Both the position numbers and the translations under genes were made by a program. A stretch of DNA of 64,000 bases, taken from the NCBI RefSeq assembly GCF_020073745.1, contig NZ_JAIRAU010000002.1, forward strand, positions 17,694 through 81,693, written 5' to 3'. Origin of the DNA: Nannocystis pusilla (GTDB lineage Bacteria; Myxococcota_A; Polyangia; Nannocystales; Nannocystaceae). How positions within the stretch are numbered: position 1 is the first letter of the stretch; each line of letters begins with the position of its first letter. Shown piece by piece: positions 10,582 to 18,872 of this stretch. The notes under the pieces are model-generated. The model was not told the DNA's origin, did not search any database, and saw only the letters and a program-made list of their open reading frames with translations.

Positions 10582-12707
10582 GTCGTGAGCGCCCGTTCGA
10601 CGCCGGCGAGCAGGGCCTCTCCGGCGGGCGTGAGGCGGGCGTGCTGCCGCAGGGTGGACATCGCGGCGGCGACCCGGTCCTCGATCTTTCGCAGGTAGCG
10701 ATCCATCGGCGCCTCGGCGAGCGCGGGGACGCCGGCCGCGAGCATGCGGCGGGTCAGCTGAATGTCGTGGAGGAACGAGTACACGCCGTGCACGAGCGCC
10801 GTCAGCGGCCGCGGGATGGCGACGAAGGGCGACGGGTGGAGCTCGTGGTCGGGGTTGGTGAGGAGCGGGTAGACGTCGAGGAGTGAGCTGAGCTTGTTGT
10901 GCGCGGCCTCGTGGACGAGCGTCTGCGCGGTCATGTAGTCGGGACGGGCGCTGGCGGTGATGAGGCCGCGAAAGCCGGCGACGCTGGCGTTGTGCGGTTG
11001 CAGGCCGCGCGAGCGTACGGGCAGCAGGAGGGCGACGCTGTCCTCGAGCTCGGCGCGGGCGGCGGGCCAGTGGTCGCCGACGCGCTGCAGGCCCTCGGTC
11101 ATCGCGGCTCGCCAGGCCGCGAGCGCGGCGTCGTCGATGTCGAGGAACAGCGGGCTGACGCGGCCCTCGACGTCCTCGCGCGCCGGGAAGAACTCGGTGT
11201 ACCAGCGGCTGGTCCGCAGCAGGAGCACGCGGGAGCCGGGCGCCCTCGGCAGCGGCACGACCTCCCAGCCGTCGCCGCGGGCAGGTTCACGCAGCGCGGC
11301 GCGAGGGATCGCCAGCGCCTCGCCGAGGCGGAGCTCGTCGCCGGCGGCGACGGCGGTGACGACCTCGGGCAGCGGCTCGCGGGTCCGCAGCGCGCATGCC
11401 AGTGAGAGCAGGTGGATCTCGGTCGAGTCCGTGGGGGCGAGCAAGACGGGCTCGTCCGCGGGGAGCGCGTCGTGGACGAACAACGCCGGCAGCAGGGCGA
11501 CGCCGAGGTGACGCACGAGCAGCTCGAGCTGCGGCGGGAAGGCGAACTCGAGCGCCTCGGCCATGCGCCAGATCCATGAGGTGAGCTCGGGCCGCAGCAG
11601 GAGGTCGCGCAGGACGTCGGGGGCGAGCCGCTGCACGCCGGCGATCAATGTGGCCAGCGAGCGCCGGTGGGCCTCGTCGTGCAGCTTGGCGTGCGCGCGG
11701 CCGCAGAGGACGAGCAGGCGCTTGAGGTACGGGCGCCAGGCGTAGTCGCGCAGCAAGCGATGGGCGGCGCCGTCGGGCTCGGGGTGCGCGAGCCGGGTCG
11801 GGTCGAGCGGCGGCAGCGGGGCCTGCAGCAGCGTCCGCACGCGGGCCATGTCGATCGGCAGCGCGTCGGCCGACGAGGCGTGGCGCGGGGGGGCGACGCC
11901 GGCGGCCTGCCGCAAGCGGGTGACCCGCGCCTGCCACCACCGCCGCGCCAGCGCGCGCGCGACCTCGGGGTCGCGCAGCGCCTCGCCGAGGTCGGACAGG
12001 ACCCGGGCGAGCGCATCCGGCAGCGCGGCCTCGGCGGACGCGAGATCGACGGGGACGGCGGGCAGCGGCGCCCAGAAGCGCTCGTCCTCCGAGAGCAGGG
12101 CCGCGAGCGTGGGCACGATCTCGCCGTGCGCCGACTCGGCGTCGACGAGCAGCGAGACGCTCGTCGACGGGCCGCGCGACAGCCCCCAGTGCGGCCAGAA
12201 GATCGGGATGTACAGCAGATCGCCCGGCTCGAGCGTGTACTCGATCGCGCCCGCGGGCATGGGCACCGGGCCGAGCTCCGGGTGCTTGAGCATGCGCAGG
12301 CGCTGCTGATCGCGCGGGATGATGTCGGGCGGGTGCAATCGCCACAGCTTGGCGCCGGACTGCTGGAGGATGAAGTTGTCGCTGTAATCGTAGTGACTGC
12401 CGATGCTGTGCCCGTCCCGCATCTTCGAGCCGTCGAAGCCGACGCAGGCGCTGCCGAACAGGGGCACGAGCCGCTGGGCGAGCGCCCGCAGCCGCGGCAC
12501 CACGGCGTCGATGCGCTGGGCGAACACGACGTCGTCGCCCGAGCGCTTGACGCGGTCGGGGTCGAGCCGGGACAGCCGCGCGATGGCGTCGTCGAGCTCG
12601 TCCTCCGTGACGCCGGGCGTGAGCAGGCGCGAGGCGCCGCCGCGGATGAGCAGCGGGCGGCGGCGCCAGTGGGTGGCGAAGAAATCGTCGGGCAGCCAGG
12701 TGCTCAC
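10578..12707 (-). CDS. Cupin/JmjC-like 2OG-oxygenase domain fused to a C-terminal HExxH-motif domain (aKG-HExxH-type peptide hydroxylase-like)
   Basis: N-terminal HxD...H cupin pattern (GSHYDYSD ... IFWPHWG) within a double-stranded beta-helix-like region. C-terminal VHEAAHNKL (HExxH). GTG start at 12707 overlaps the TGA of the upstream TPR gene (GTGA); the track ORF extends to 13106 but that extension is Arg-rich junk. Confidence 0.6.
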   Translation of the reverse strand: MSTWLPDDFFATHWRRRPLLIRGGASRLLTPGVTEDELDDAIARLSRLDPDRVKRSGDDVVFAQRIDAVVPRLRALAQRLVPLFGSACVGFDGSKMRDGHSIGSHYDYSDNFILQQSGAKLWRLHPPDIIPRDQQRLRMLKHPELGPVPMPAGAIEYTLEPGDLLYIPIFWPHWGLSRGPSTSVSLLVDAESAHGEIVPTLAALLSEDERFWAPLPAVPVDLASAEAALPDALARVLSDLGEALRDPEVARALARRWWQARVTRLRQAAGVAPPRHASSADALPIDMARVRTLLQAPLPPLDPTRLAHPEPDGAAHRLLRDYAWRPYLKRLLVLCGRAHAKLHDEAHRRSLATLIAGVQRLAPDVLRDLLLRPELTSWIWRMAEALEFAFPPQLELLVRHLGVALLPALFVHDALPADEPVLLAPTDSTEIHLLSLACALRTREPLPEVVTAVAAGDELRLGEALAIPRAALREPARGDGWEVVPLPRAPGSRVLLLRTSRWYTEFFPAREDVEGRVSPLFLDIDDAALAAWRAAMTEGLQRVGDHWPAARAELEDSVALLLPVRSRGLQPHNASVAGFRGLITASARPDYMTAQTLVHEAAHNKLSSLLDVYPLLTNPDHELHPSPFVAIPRPLTALVHGVYSFLHDIQLTRRMLAAGVPALAEAPMDRYLRKIEDRVAAAMSTLRQHARLTPAGEALLAGVERALTT

Positions 12708-13942
12708 AGTCCTGCGTCCTTTCGTGTCGCCTGCAACCGCTCGAGCCGCGCGCGGACCTCGTCGAGCTCGTGGGCGCGGCCGAGGCGGGCCGCGGCGATG
12801 CTGGCGAGCTGGTACGGCTCGGCTCGCATCGGGATCCGCTCGAGGCAGCGCAGCGCGGCGGCCAGGCCGGCCGCGAAGTCGCCGCGCCGGCACTCGGCGA
12901 GCGCGCGCAGGGAGAGGCTGTGGGCCTGCATGGTGTCGACGAGGTCGCCCTCGGCGCGCGCGAACCACTCGGCCGCCGCGCTCGGCTCGCGCCGCGCGAG
13001 GTGGCGCAGGCCGAGCTCGTAGGCCGGCCAGGTCGCGCGGTCGCCCAGCCTGCGCGCCTCGGCGTGGGCCTCCGAGGCCTCCTCGAGCCGGTCGGCGCGG
13101 GCGCACAGCACGGCGCGCAGGGCCGTGCCGGGGCCGCCCAGGGGGTCCAGCTCGCTCGCGGTGAGCTCGGCGAGCTCGGCGTGCGAGGCCGGCGTCGTGC
13201 GGGCGACGACGGCGAGGCTGCGCGCGGCCTGCTGCGAGCGCGGGGTCGAGGGGGCGAAGGCGAAGCCCATCGCCGCGGCCAGCCGGGCGCCGAGCGGCCG
13301 CAGGCGCTCGGGCATGAAGCCGCTGGCGATCGAATGGGTCATCGCCGGCGGCTCGTCGAGCAGGCCGGCGGCGGCCAGCTCGGCGGCGACGGCGGCTGGC
13401 TCATGGGTCAGGTCGGGGCCGCCGTCGTGAAAGAAGTCGAGGTCGACGTCGAGCCGGGCGCCGCGCAACCCGAGCCGCGACAACCTGCGCAGCGTGGTCG
13501 CCTCGACGCGCAGCCCGCCGACGCGCGCGCGGGCGGCGACGTCGTCGGCGACGAAGCTGGCGAGCACCTCGTGCCCGTGGTCGGGCAGCAGCGACAGCGC
13601 CGACCACAGCACCTCCGCGAGCTGGGCGGCGCTCCGCGGCCGCGGCTCGGGCAGGACCCACACCACGCGCTCGATCAGCCCGAGGTCGGCGGCGGCGTAG
13701 AGGAAGCTGTCGAGGCCGTAGGCGAACCGGTCGTCGTCGCGGAACGGGAGATCGCGGTGAAGCGGGTCGAGACCGCCGCCGCGGGCGCCGTCGCGGACGC
13801 GCGCGAGCTGGTCGGCGGCGATCCGCTTGAGGTCGAGGTGATGATCGAGGACGACCACGCACTCGCGCGACCAGCCCTGGCGATGCCAGTGCGCGAGCAC
13901 CTCGCCGTGCTCCTCGAAGGCGCGGACGAGACCCCGCGTCAC
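12704..13942 (-). CDS. Hypothetical protein with C-terminal TPR-like repeats
   Basis: C-terminal half has Ala/Leu-rich helical repeats typical of TPR. The N-terminal ~250 aa is unrecognised. 4-nt overlaps with both neighbours. Confidence 0.5.
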   Translation of the reverse strand: MTRGLVRAFEEHGEVLAHWHRQGWSRECVVVLDHHLDLKRIAADQLARVRDGARGGGLDPLHRDLPFRDDDRFAYGLDSFLYAAADLGLIERVVWVLPEPRPRSAAQLAEVLWSALSLLPDHGHEVLASFVADDVAARARVGGLRVEATTLRRLSRLGLRGARLDVDLDFFHDGGPDLTHEPAAVAAELAAAGLLDEPPAMTHSIASGFMPERLRPLGARLAAAMGFAFAPSTPRSQQAARSLAVVARTTPASHAELAELTASELDPLGGPGTALRAVLCARADRLEEASEAHAEARRLGDRATWPAYELGLRHLARREPSAAAEWFARAEGDLVDTMQAHSLSLRALAECRRGDFAAGLAAALRCLERIPMRAEPYQLASIAAARLGRAHELDEVRARLERLQATRKDAGL

Positions 13943-14739
13943 GCGATCACCCCCAGACGCGCGAGGCCCTCGCCGAGCGCGGCGAGCCTCTCGACGGTGA
14001 CCACCACACCCTGGCCCGCGAGCGCGGCGATTACGGCGTCCGGCCGCGCCCGCCCGTGTTCCAGCAGCGCCGCGATGATCGGCGTGGCGGGGCCGCGGAC
14101 GAAGCGCGCGGGCGTGGCGGCGTAGAGGAACAGCGCCGCGCCGGACGGATCCGGGGCGACCGGGCGCTGCGTCAAGGTGCGGACGAACTCGAGCGGATAG
14201 CGCTGCACCGCGTAGTGGGCGGCGCCGTTGTGCCGGATCAACGCGGTGCGCACGACGAAGCTCGGGTCCCGGTTGAGCACGAGGATCGAGAGGAGTCCGC
14301 TCAGGAACTCGTGGGTCAGCAGATCGACGGCGTGCGGTCCGGCGGCCCGCAGCGCGTCGTCACCGCGCAGGAACTCGAAGAAGGCCTCCTCGACCGAGAT
14401 CCCGCGCGGGCCGTACGGCACCTGCCGGCTGTCGGCGTACTGCGGCGAGGCGACGAAGCGCTCGACCAGCGCGGCCGCGCCGTGACCGGCGCGCTCCAGC
14501 TGCGCGAACAGATCGGGGAAGGTGCTGCGCAGGCCGCCGTCGTACTCGACGTTGCCGCGCAACAGGTCGCGCCCGATCGCGCCGCCGATGGCGACAAGCT
14601 CGTCCGGATCGATGGTGCGCAGGTGGGCCTGCGCCGAGGGCTCGAGCCCGAGATGTTCGAGGCGGCCGGCGAGGAACCGGTCGCGCGCGCGGCGATCGTG
14701 GAGCAGGCGGTAGAGCGCGGTCTGTAAGGTCTCAGGCAT
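13939..14739 (-). CDS. Putative partner protein of the MNIO/DUF692 enzyme (DUF2063-like?)
   Basis: 266 aa, sits immediately downstream of and overlapping the DUF692-like gene, as MNIO partner subunits do. N-terminus LQTALYRLLHD...FPDLFAQL resembles DUF2063-type partners. Assignment is by context. Confidence 0.4.
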   Translation of the reverse strand: MPETLQTALYRLLHDRRARDRFLAGRLEHLGLEPSAQAHLRTIDPDELVAIGGAIGRDLLRGNVEYDGGLRSTFPDLFAQLERAGHGAAALVERFVASPQYADSRQVPYGPRGISVEEAFFEFLRGDDALRAAGPHAVDLLTHEFLSGLLSILVLNRDPSFVVRTALIRHNGAAHYAVQRYPLEFVRTLTQRPVAPDPSGAALFLYAATPARFVRGPATPIIAALLEHGRARPDAVIAALAGQGVVVTVERLAALGEGLARLGVIA

Positions 14740-15691
14740 GGGCCTCCTCGCCGAGCCAGGCGGCGGCCATGGCCGCGAGCCGCTCGAAGTTGGCGACCGA
14801 CTTGGGCACCAGCTCGCCGTCCTCGAAGTAGCGCGGATCTTCGTAGGTGATCGCGCGCAGGTGAGGGCAGCGCGGCAGCAGGTAGGCGAGCAGCTCGAGC
14901 TGCTCGTCGAGCAGGACGCCGTGGTGAAGGTCGCGGAACTTGCCGCCGGAGATCTGGCAGCCGGACAGGTGAATCTCGTGACAGGCGAGGAGCGGCAGGC
15001 GATCGATCGCCTCGAAGCGGCGCGGACCCACGCGGCCCTGCGACCACTGGTAGCTGAGGAGGTGGCCGACGTCGAGCGTGACCGGCGAGCCGGTCTCCTC
15101 GGCGACGACGCGGAAGAACTCGAAGGCGTCCATCGCCCCGATCGTGATCGTGGCGCCCTCGGTGAAGCCGGGGAACTCGACGCACACCGGCGCGGCCAGG
15201 CGCGACTGCCAGCCGCGGACGTTGCGGATGCAGGCGGCCAGCCCCTCGGCGGTCAAGAACGGCGGCAGCGGGTACGGCAGCGACTTGCCGGCGATCGACC
15301 ACAGCCCGAGGTCCTCGACGATCCATGCGAAGCCGTAGCGCTCGACGAGCGCGTTGGTGAACGCGGCCACCGCGTCGAACTCGATCGGATCGAGGGTCGC
15401 CATGTTGAGCAGGGTGTGGTGCAGCGCGCGGTGTTCGATGCGCGGCGCCGCGGCGAACAGGGCGTCGTAGGCGGCGAAGTAGTCGCCGGCGCGCAGGCGG
15501 TTGCGGTTGCCCGGCTGGAACGCGAACACGAGGTAATGGAAGCGCTCCTGGTGGCGCGCGAGGAAGTTGGCGACCCGCGGGGTGATGGTGTCGCCGCGCT
15601 CGGGATCGCGGGTGAAGCCGATCCGCTCGCCCCACGGCAGGTCCATGCCGACTCCGAGGCCGAGCCGCGGCGTGGTCGGTCGTCGCGTCAT
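14732..15691 (-). CDS. DUF692 / multinuclear non-heme iron oxidase (MNIO; MbnB/TglH-like) TIM-barrel enzyme
   Basis: N-terminal LGLGVGMD (the DUF692 GlGl start), WIVEDLGLW...LPYPLP, LDVGHLLSYQW and EIHLSGCQISGGKFRDLHHG (the family's eiHLAGh...DtHg block). The ATG at 15691 overlaps the rSAM stop (ATGA); the track ORF extension to 15832 is Arg-rich and rejected. Confidence 0.6.
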   Translation of the reverse strand: MTRRPTTPRLGLGVGMDLPWGERIGFTRDPERGDTITPRVANFLARHQERFHYLVFAFQPGNRNRLRAGDYFAAYDALFAAAPRIEHRALHHTLLNMATLDPIEFDAVAAFTNALVERYGFAWIVEDLGLWSIAGKSLPYPLPPFLTAEGLAACIRNVRGWQSRLAAPVCVEFPGFTEGATITIGAMDAFEFFRVVAEETGSPVTLDVGHLLSYQWSQGRVGPRRFEAIDRLPLLACHEIHLSGCQISGGKFRDLHHGVLLDEQLELLAYLLPRCPHLRAITYEDPRYFEDGELVPKSVANFERLAAMAAAWLGEEAHA

Positions 15692-17679
15692 GCGGACCTC
15701 CGGGCCCGCACCGGCGTGCCCGCCCCGGTCGCGAGCAGTCGCGCGAGCACGCGGGCGGCCTCGTCGCCGTCGGCCCGCAGCAGCTCGCCGTCGTGCCGGA
15801 CGGCGGGCGGCAAGCGATAGATCGTCTGCCACAGCAAGTTGGCGAGGAACGGCGCGGCCGCGCCGTCACGCCAGGTGGCGCGCACGACCCGGACCCAGGG
15901 GTGCAGCTGGACCGCGTACACGGGCTCCGCGGGCGGCGGCGGCCCGCGGCGCTCGGGCGGGACGTCGTCGTTCTTGTGGGGATGGACGTTGTGATGAATG
16001 GCGAGGAAGCGCCGCTGCATCGCCTCGAAGGGCGGGGCGCCGCGCGCCTCGAAGCGCAGGCCGACGCGACCGAGGCCGTAGCTGAGCAATTCGTTGCCCT
16101 GCCAGCGCTCGCGGTCGGGGATGACGACGCCGAATTCCTCGGGGCGCTCGGCGAGCGGGGTGCCGGGCTCGCAGGTGAGCATCTGCATGACGTCGATGGC
16201 GATCTTGCCGGCGTTGGCGGCGAGGAACGCCTCGGAGGCGGCGACCTCCTCGGCGGTCTCGTCGAGGATCCCGCCCATGACCGACAGCCGCAGCTCGATG
16301 CCGACGGCGTGCAGGTTGTCGACGATCGGCTGGTAGTCGGCGGCGTCGACGCCTTTGTCCAGCCGATCGAGGAGGCGCTGCGAATTGGTCTCGTAGCCGA
16401 CCGCCATCTGGACGCAGCCGAGGGCGCGCAGCTCACGGCAGACCTCGAGGTCGCGGAGCTGGCGCTCGAAGCGGCAGCGGACGCTGAACTCGATGGCGAC
16501 GCCGCGGCGACGGAGCAGGCGCATGGCCCGACGCACGACCGGCAAGTTGGTCATCTCGTCGACGAAGTTGATGCGGCGGACGTCGTAGGTGCGGACCAGG
16601 TGCTCGCATTCGTCGGCGATCTGGCGCGGCGACTTCTGCTGATAGCCGACGCGGCGCGAGCGGGCGCCGTACGAACAAAAGGCGCAGCGGCCCCAGAAGC
16701 AGCCGATGCCGGTGACGAGCGGGAGCTGGACCGCGTCCATGACGTAGCGCTGCCACGGCAGATCGGTGAAGTCGGGCGGGGGCAGGGCGGCGATCGGCGG
16801 CGGCGGATCGTCCCGCGAGGGCGCGCGGCGGTCGAGCCACACCACGGAGGGCACGTCGCTCCACGCGGCGGCGCCCGCGGCCGCGCGCGCGAGCGCGACG
16901 AGGGTGGCCTCGCCGGCGCCGGTCGCCAGCGCGTCGACGACCCCGGCGATCGCCGGGACGCGGGCCAGCGCGTCGTGACGCAGCATGATCTGCGGGCCGC
17001 CGAGCACGATGACGGCGTCGGGGCAGCGCGCCCGGATCCGCCGCGCCAACCACAGCGCCGGCCCGATCTGGCTGTAGAACGCCACCGAGATGCCGACGAC
17101 CGCCGGACTCGATCGCGCGAGCGCGTCGTCCAGCAGCGCCGCGAGGGCGCGCGCGGCGAGGTCGTCCGCGTCCGGCTCGTCGGCGGCGGTGAGCCGGGCC
17201 GCGAGCTGCGACAGCGAGGTCGACGAGAACTTCAGGGCCGAACGCTCGAGCAACAAGTCGATCGCCTGGCCGGCGAGTCGCAGCGCCGAACGGCTGTCGA
17301 TCGCCGCCGCGGCCTTGTCGAACACGCGGGCGCGCAGCGAGTCGCAGATCGACAGCAGGTAGCGCGCCATCGCCGAGCGATAGGCCCGCTCGAGCGGCTG
17401 CGGCTCCGCCTCGGCGGCGAGCTCCGGCCCGAGGTAGGCGCGCAGCGTCGCGGGCGCGAGCAGGGCGTGGCACAGCTCGATGTTGAGGTCGCGCGGTCGC
17501 ACCGCGACGCCTTCGCGCCGCAGGTACGCGGTCAGGACCGGCAGGCTGAGGTACGGGAACAGCCGCGCCTCGGTGGCCGGGGGGAACAGCAAGAGCACCT
17601 CGGGCGGGCGGACACTCGCGCGTATGTCGACGGAGGCTGGCATGTCGGTGGGGCGACCGGCGGGCCCGACGCCATGCAA
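15688..17679 (-). CDS. B12-binding domain radical SAM protein (class B rSAM, likely methyltransferase-type)
   Basis: N-terminal cobalamin-binding-like region (VVGISVAFYSQ...VIVLGGPQI) and a radical SAM cysteine cluster GCFWGRCAFCS. 663 aa. Confidence 0.8.
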   Translation of the reverse strand: MHGVGPAGRPTDMPASVDIRASVRPPEVLLLFPPATEARLFPYLSLPVLTAYLRREGVAVRPRDLNIELCHALLAPATLRAYLGPELAAEAEPQPLERAYRSAMARYLLSICDSLRARVFDKAAAAIDSRSALRLAGQAIDLLLERSALKFSSTSLSQLAARLTAADEPDADDLAARALAALLDDALARSSPAVVGISVAFYSQIGPALWLARRIRARCPDAVIVLGGPQIMLRHDALARVPAIAGVVDALATGAGEATLVALARAAAGAAAWSDVPSVVWLDRRAPSRDDPPPPIAALPPPDFTDLPWQRYVMDAVQLPLVTGIGCFWGRCAFCSYGARSRRVGYQQKSPRQIADECEHLVRTYDVRRINFVDEMTNLPVVRRAMRLLRRRGVAIEFSVRCRFERQLRDLEVCRELRALGCVQMAVGYETNSQRLLDRLDKGVDAADYQPIVDNLHAVGIELRLSVMGGILDETAEEVAASEAFLAANAGKIAIDVMQMLTCEPGTPLAERPEEFGVVIPDRERWQGNELLSYGLGRVGLRFEARGAPPFEAMQRRFLAIHHNVHPHKNDDVPPERRGPPPPAEPVYAVQLHPWVRVVRATWRDGAAAPFLANLLWQTIYRLPPAVRHDGELLRADGDEAARVLARLLATGAGTPVRARRSA

Positions 17680-17709
17680 TGCACGGCGCGGGCCCGCCGG
17701 TCCGGTCGC

Positions 17710-18021
17710 TCACTTGGTGAACAGCTTCGCGTGGGCGATGACGTGGCGGGAGACCTGCTCGATCGGGTTGCTCTCCGCCGCCTCGTCGAGGATCCGCTGC
17801 TGCGCGGTCTTCTCGTCGATGCCGTGTTGCTTGGCCAGGAGCGTCGACGCCTCCTTGAGGACGTTGAAGGTCCGCTCGTCGAGCTCGTCGAGCGGCTGCG
17901 CGACGGCGAAGCGGAACGCGTGGAAGGCGTTGCCGACCTTCAGCTCGTTCGATTCGATCACGTCGAGCTGCTCGAGCTCCGCCAGCTGATTCACATCCTG
18001 CATGCTTGATTCGTATGCCAT
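17710..18021 (-). CDS. Candidate precursor peptide / small acidic protein (103 aa), first gene of the operon
   Basis: MAYESSMQDVNQLAELEQLD...SNPIEQVSRHVIAHAKLFTK, no Cys. GGAGGA RBS 5 nt upstream of the ATG at 18021. A 30-nt gap to the rSAM gene. High GC3. Confidence 0.5.
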   Translation of the reverse strand: MAYESSMQDVNQLAELEQLDVIESNELKVGNAFHAFRFAVAQPLDELDERTFNVLKEASTLLAKQHGIDEKTAQQRILDEAAESNPIEQVSRHVIAHAKLFTK

Positions 18022-18872
18022 AGATCCTCCAATTCGCCTGCGACGCGCGGGCGTTCGCCTGTCGCACCTATTCACGACAGCGCGGGAAAGCTAGCACGGT
18101 GTATGGAGCCCCTCAAGACCCATGACCGCGCGCGCGGGCAGGAGACGGCGGTGATTCGTTGGTGTCTGTCGACCACGCATTGCGCTGCGCAGTGTGTTGT
18201 TTCCGAGCGAATGCTCGCCGTGACGATTGCGAGCACTCGCCAGCGGCCGTCGATTCGCGCGAGATGCATCATTGCGCGGCGAGGCGCGGAGCGGTGCGGC
18301 CCCTGACGCGACCGCGAGCGGGGCGTGCAGGCCGGGGCCCTCGCCCCCGATTGGGGTCGACTGCACCGAGGCGCGGGCGCGCTTCGGTGCCACGCGGACG
18401 CCGTCGAGCTGCACGTACGGTCCCTTGGACTGGATGAATGTTGCCGACAATGCGACGCGGGTCTTCGCAGAGTCGCTCGTCGGCATCGCATCGTGACAGA
18501 GGGCGTACGGCATCCCGCTCTTGAGCGCGCTCCCGGCATTGCTCGACGGCCGGCGCTCGCACGCGCACGCGTCGGCCCCGCGCAGGTGTGCGGCCCGATC
18601 ACGTCCGGCTCTCTGTCGACGACGGCACGGCAGACGTTGGCGGGGACGAGCCTCGCGGCGGTCCCCTCGACGTCCTCCGGCAGATCACGTGCCGACTTCC
18701 AGTTCTTGCAGGAGTACCAGTCGACGGGCAGCCGGCGAGCGCGTTCGGCGTGAATGCGACCGAGGGCGGTCTACGTCACGTTTGACGCCCTGAAGCCCGT
18801 GTGCGAGGATGCCCTCGCAATGTCCACGGATGCCCAAGCGCGCGCAGGTCGTCGCGTCTCGAGATGTGCGTG

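Noticed and set aside
12708-13106. Arg-rich N-terminal extension of the cupin-HExxH ORF
   Set aside because: It overlaps the TPR gene. A GTG at 12707 gives 4-nt translational coupling.
18072-18770. Minus-strand frame with coding-like GC3 in the long intergenic region (…PVDWYSCKNWKS…)
   Set aside because: It has no ATG start, only an internal GTG. High GC3 occurs in non-coding frames of 70% GC DNA. It is left as a note under the intergenic-region finding.
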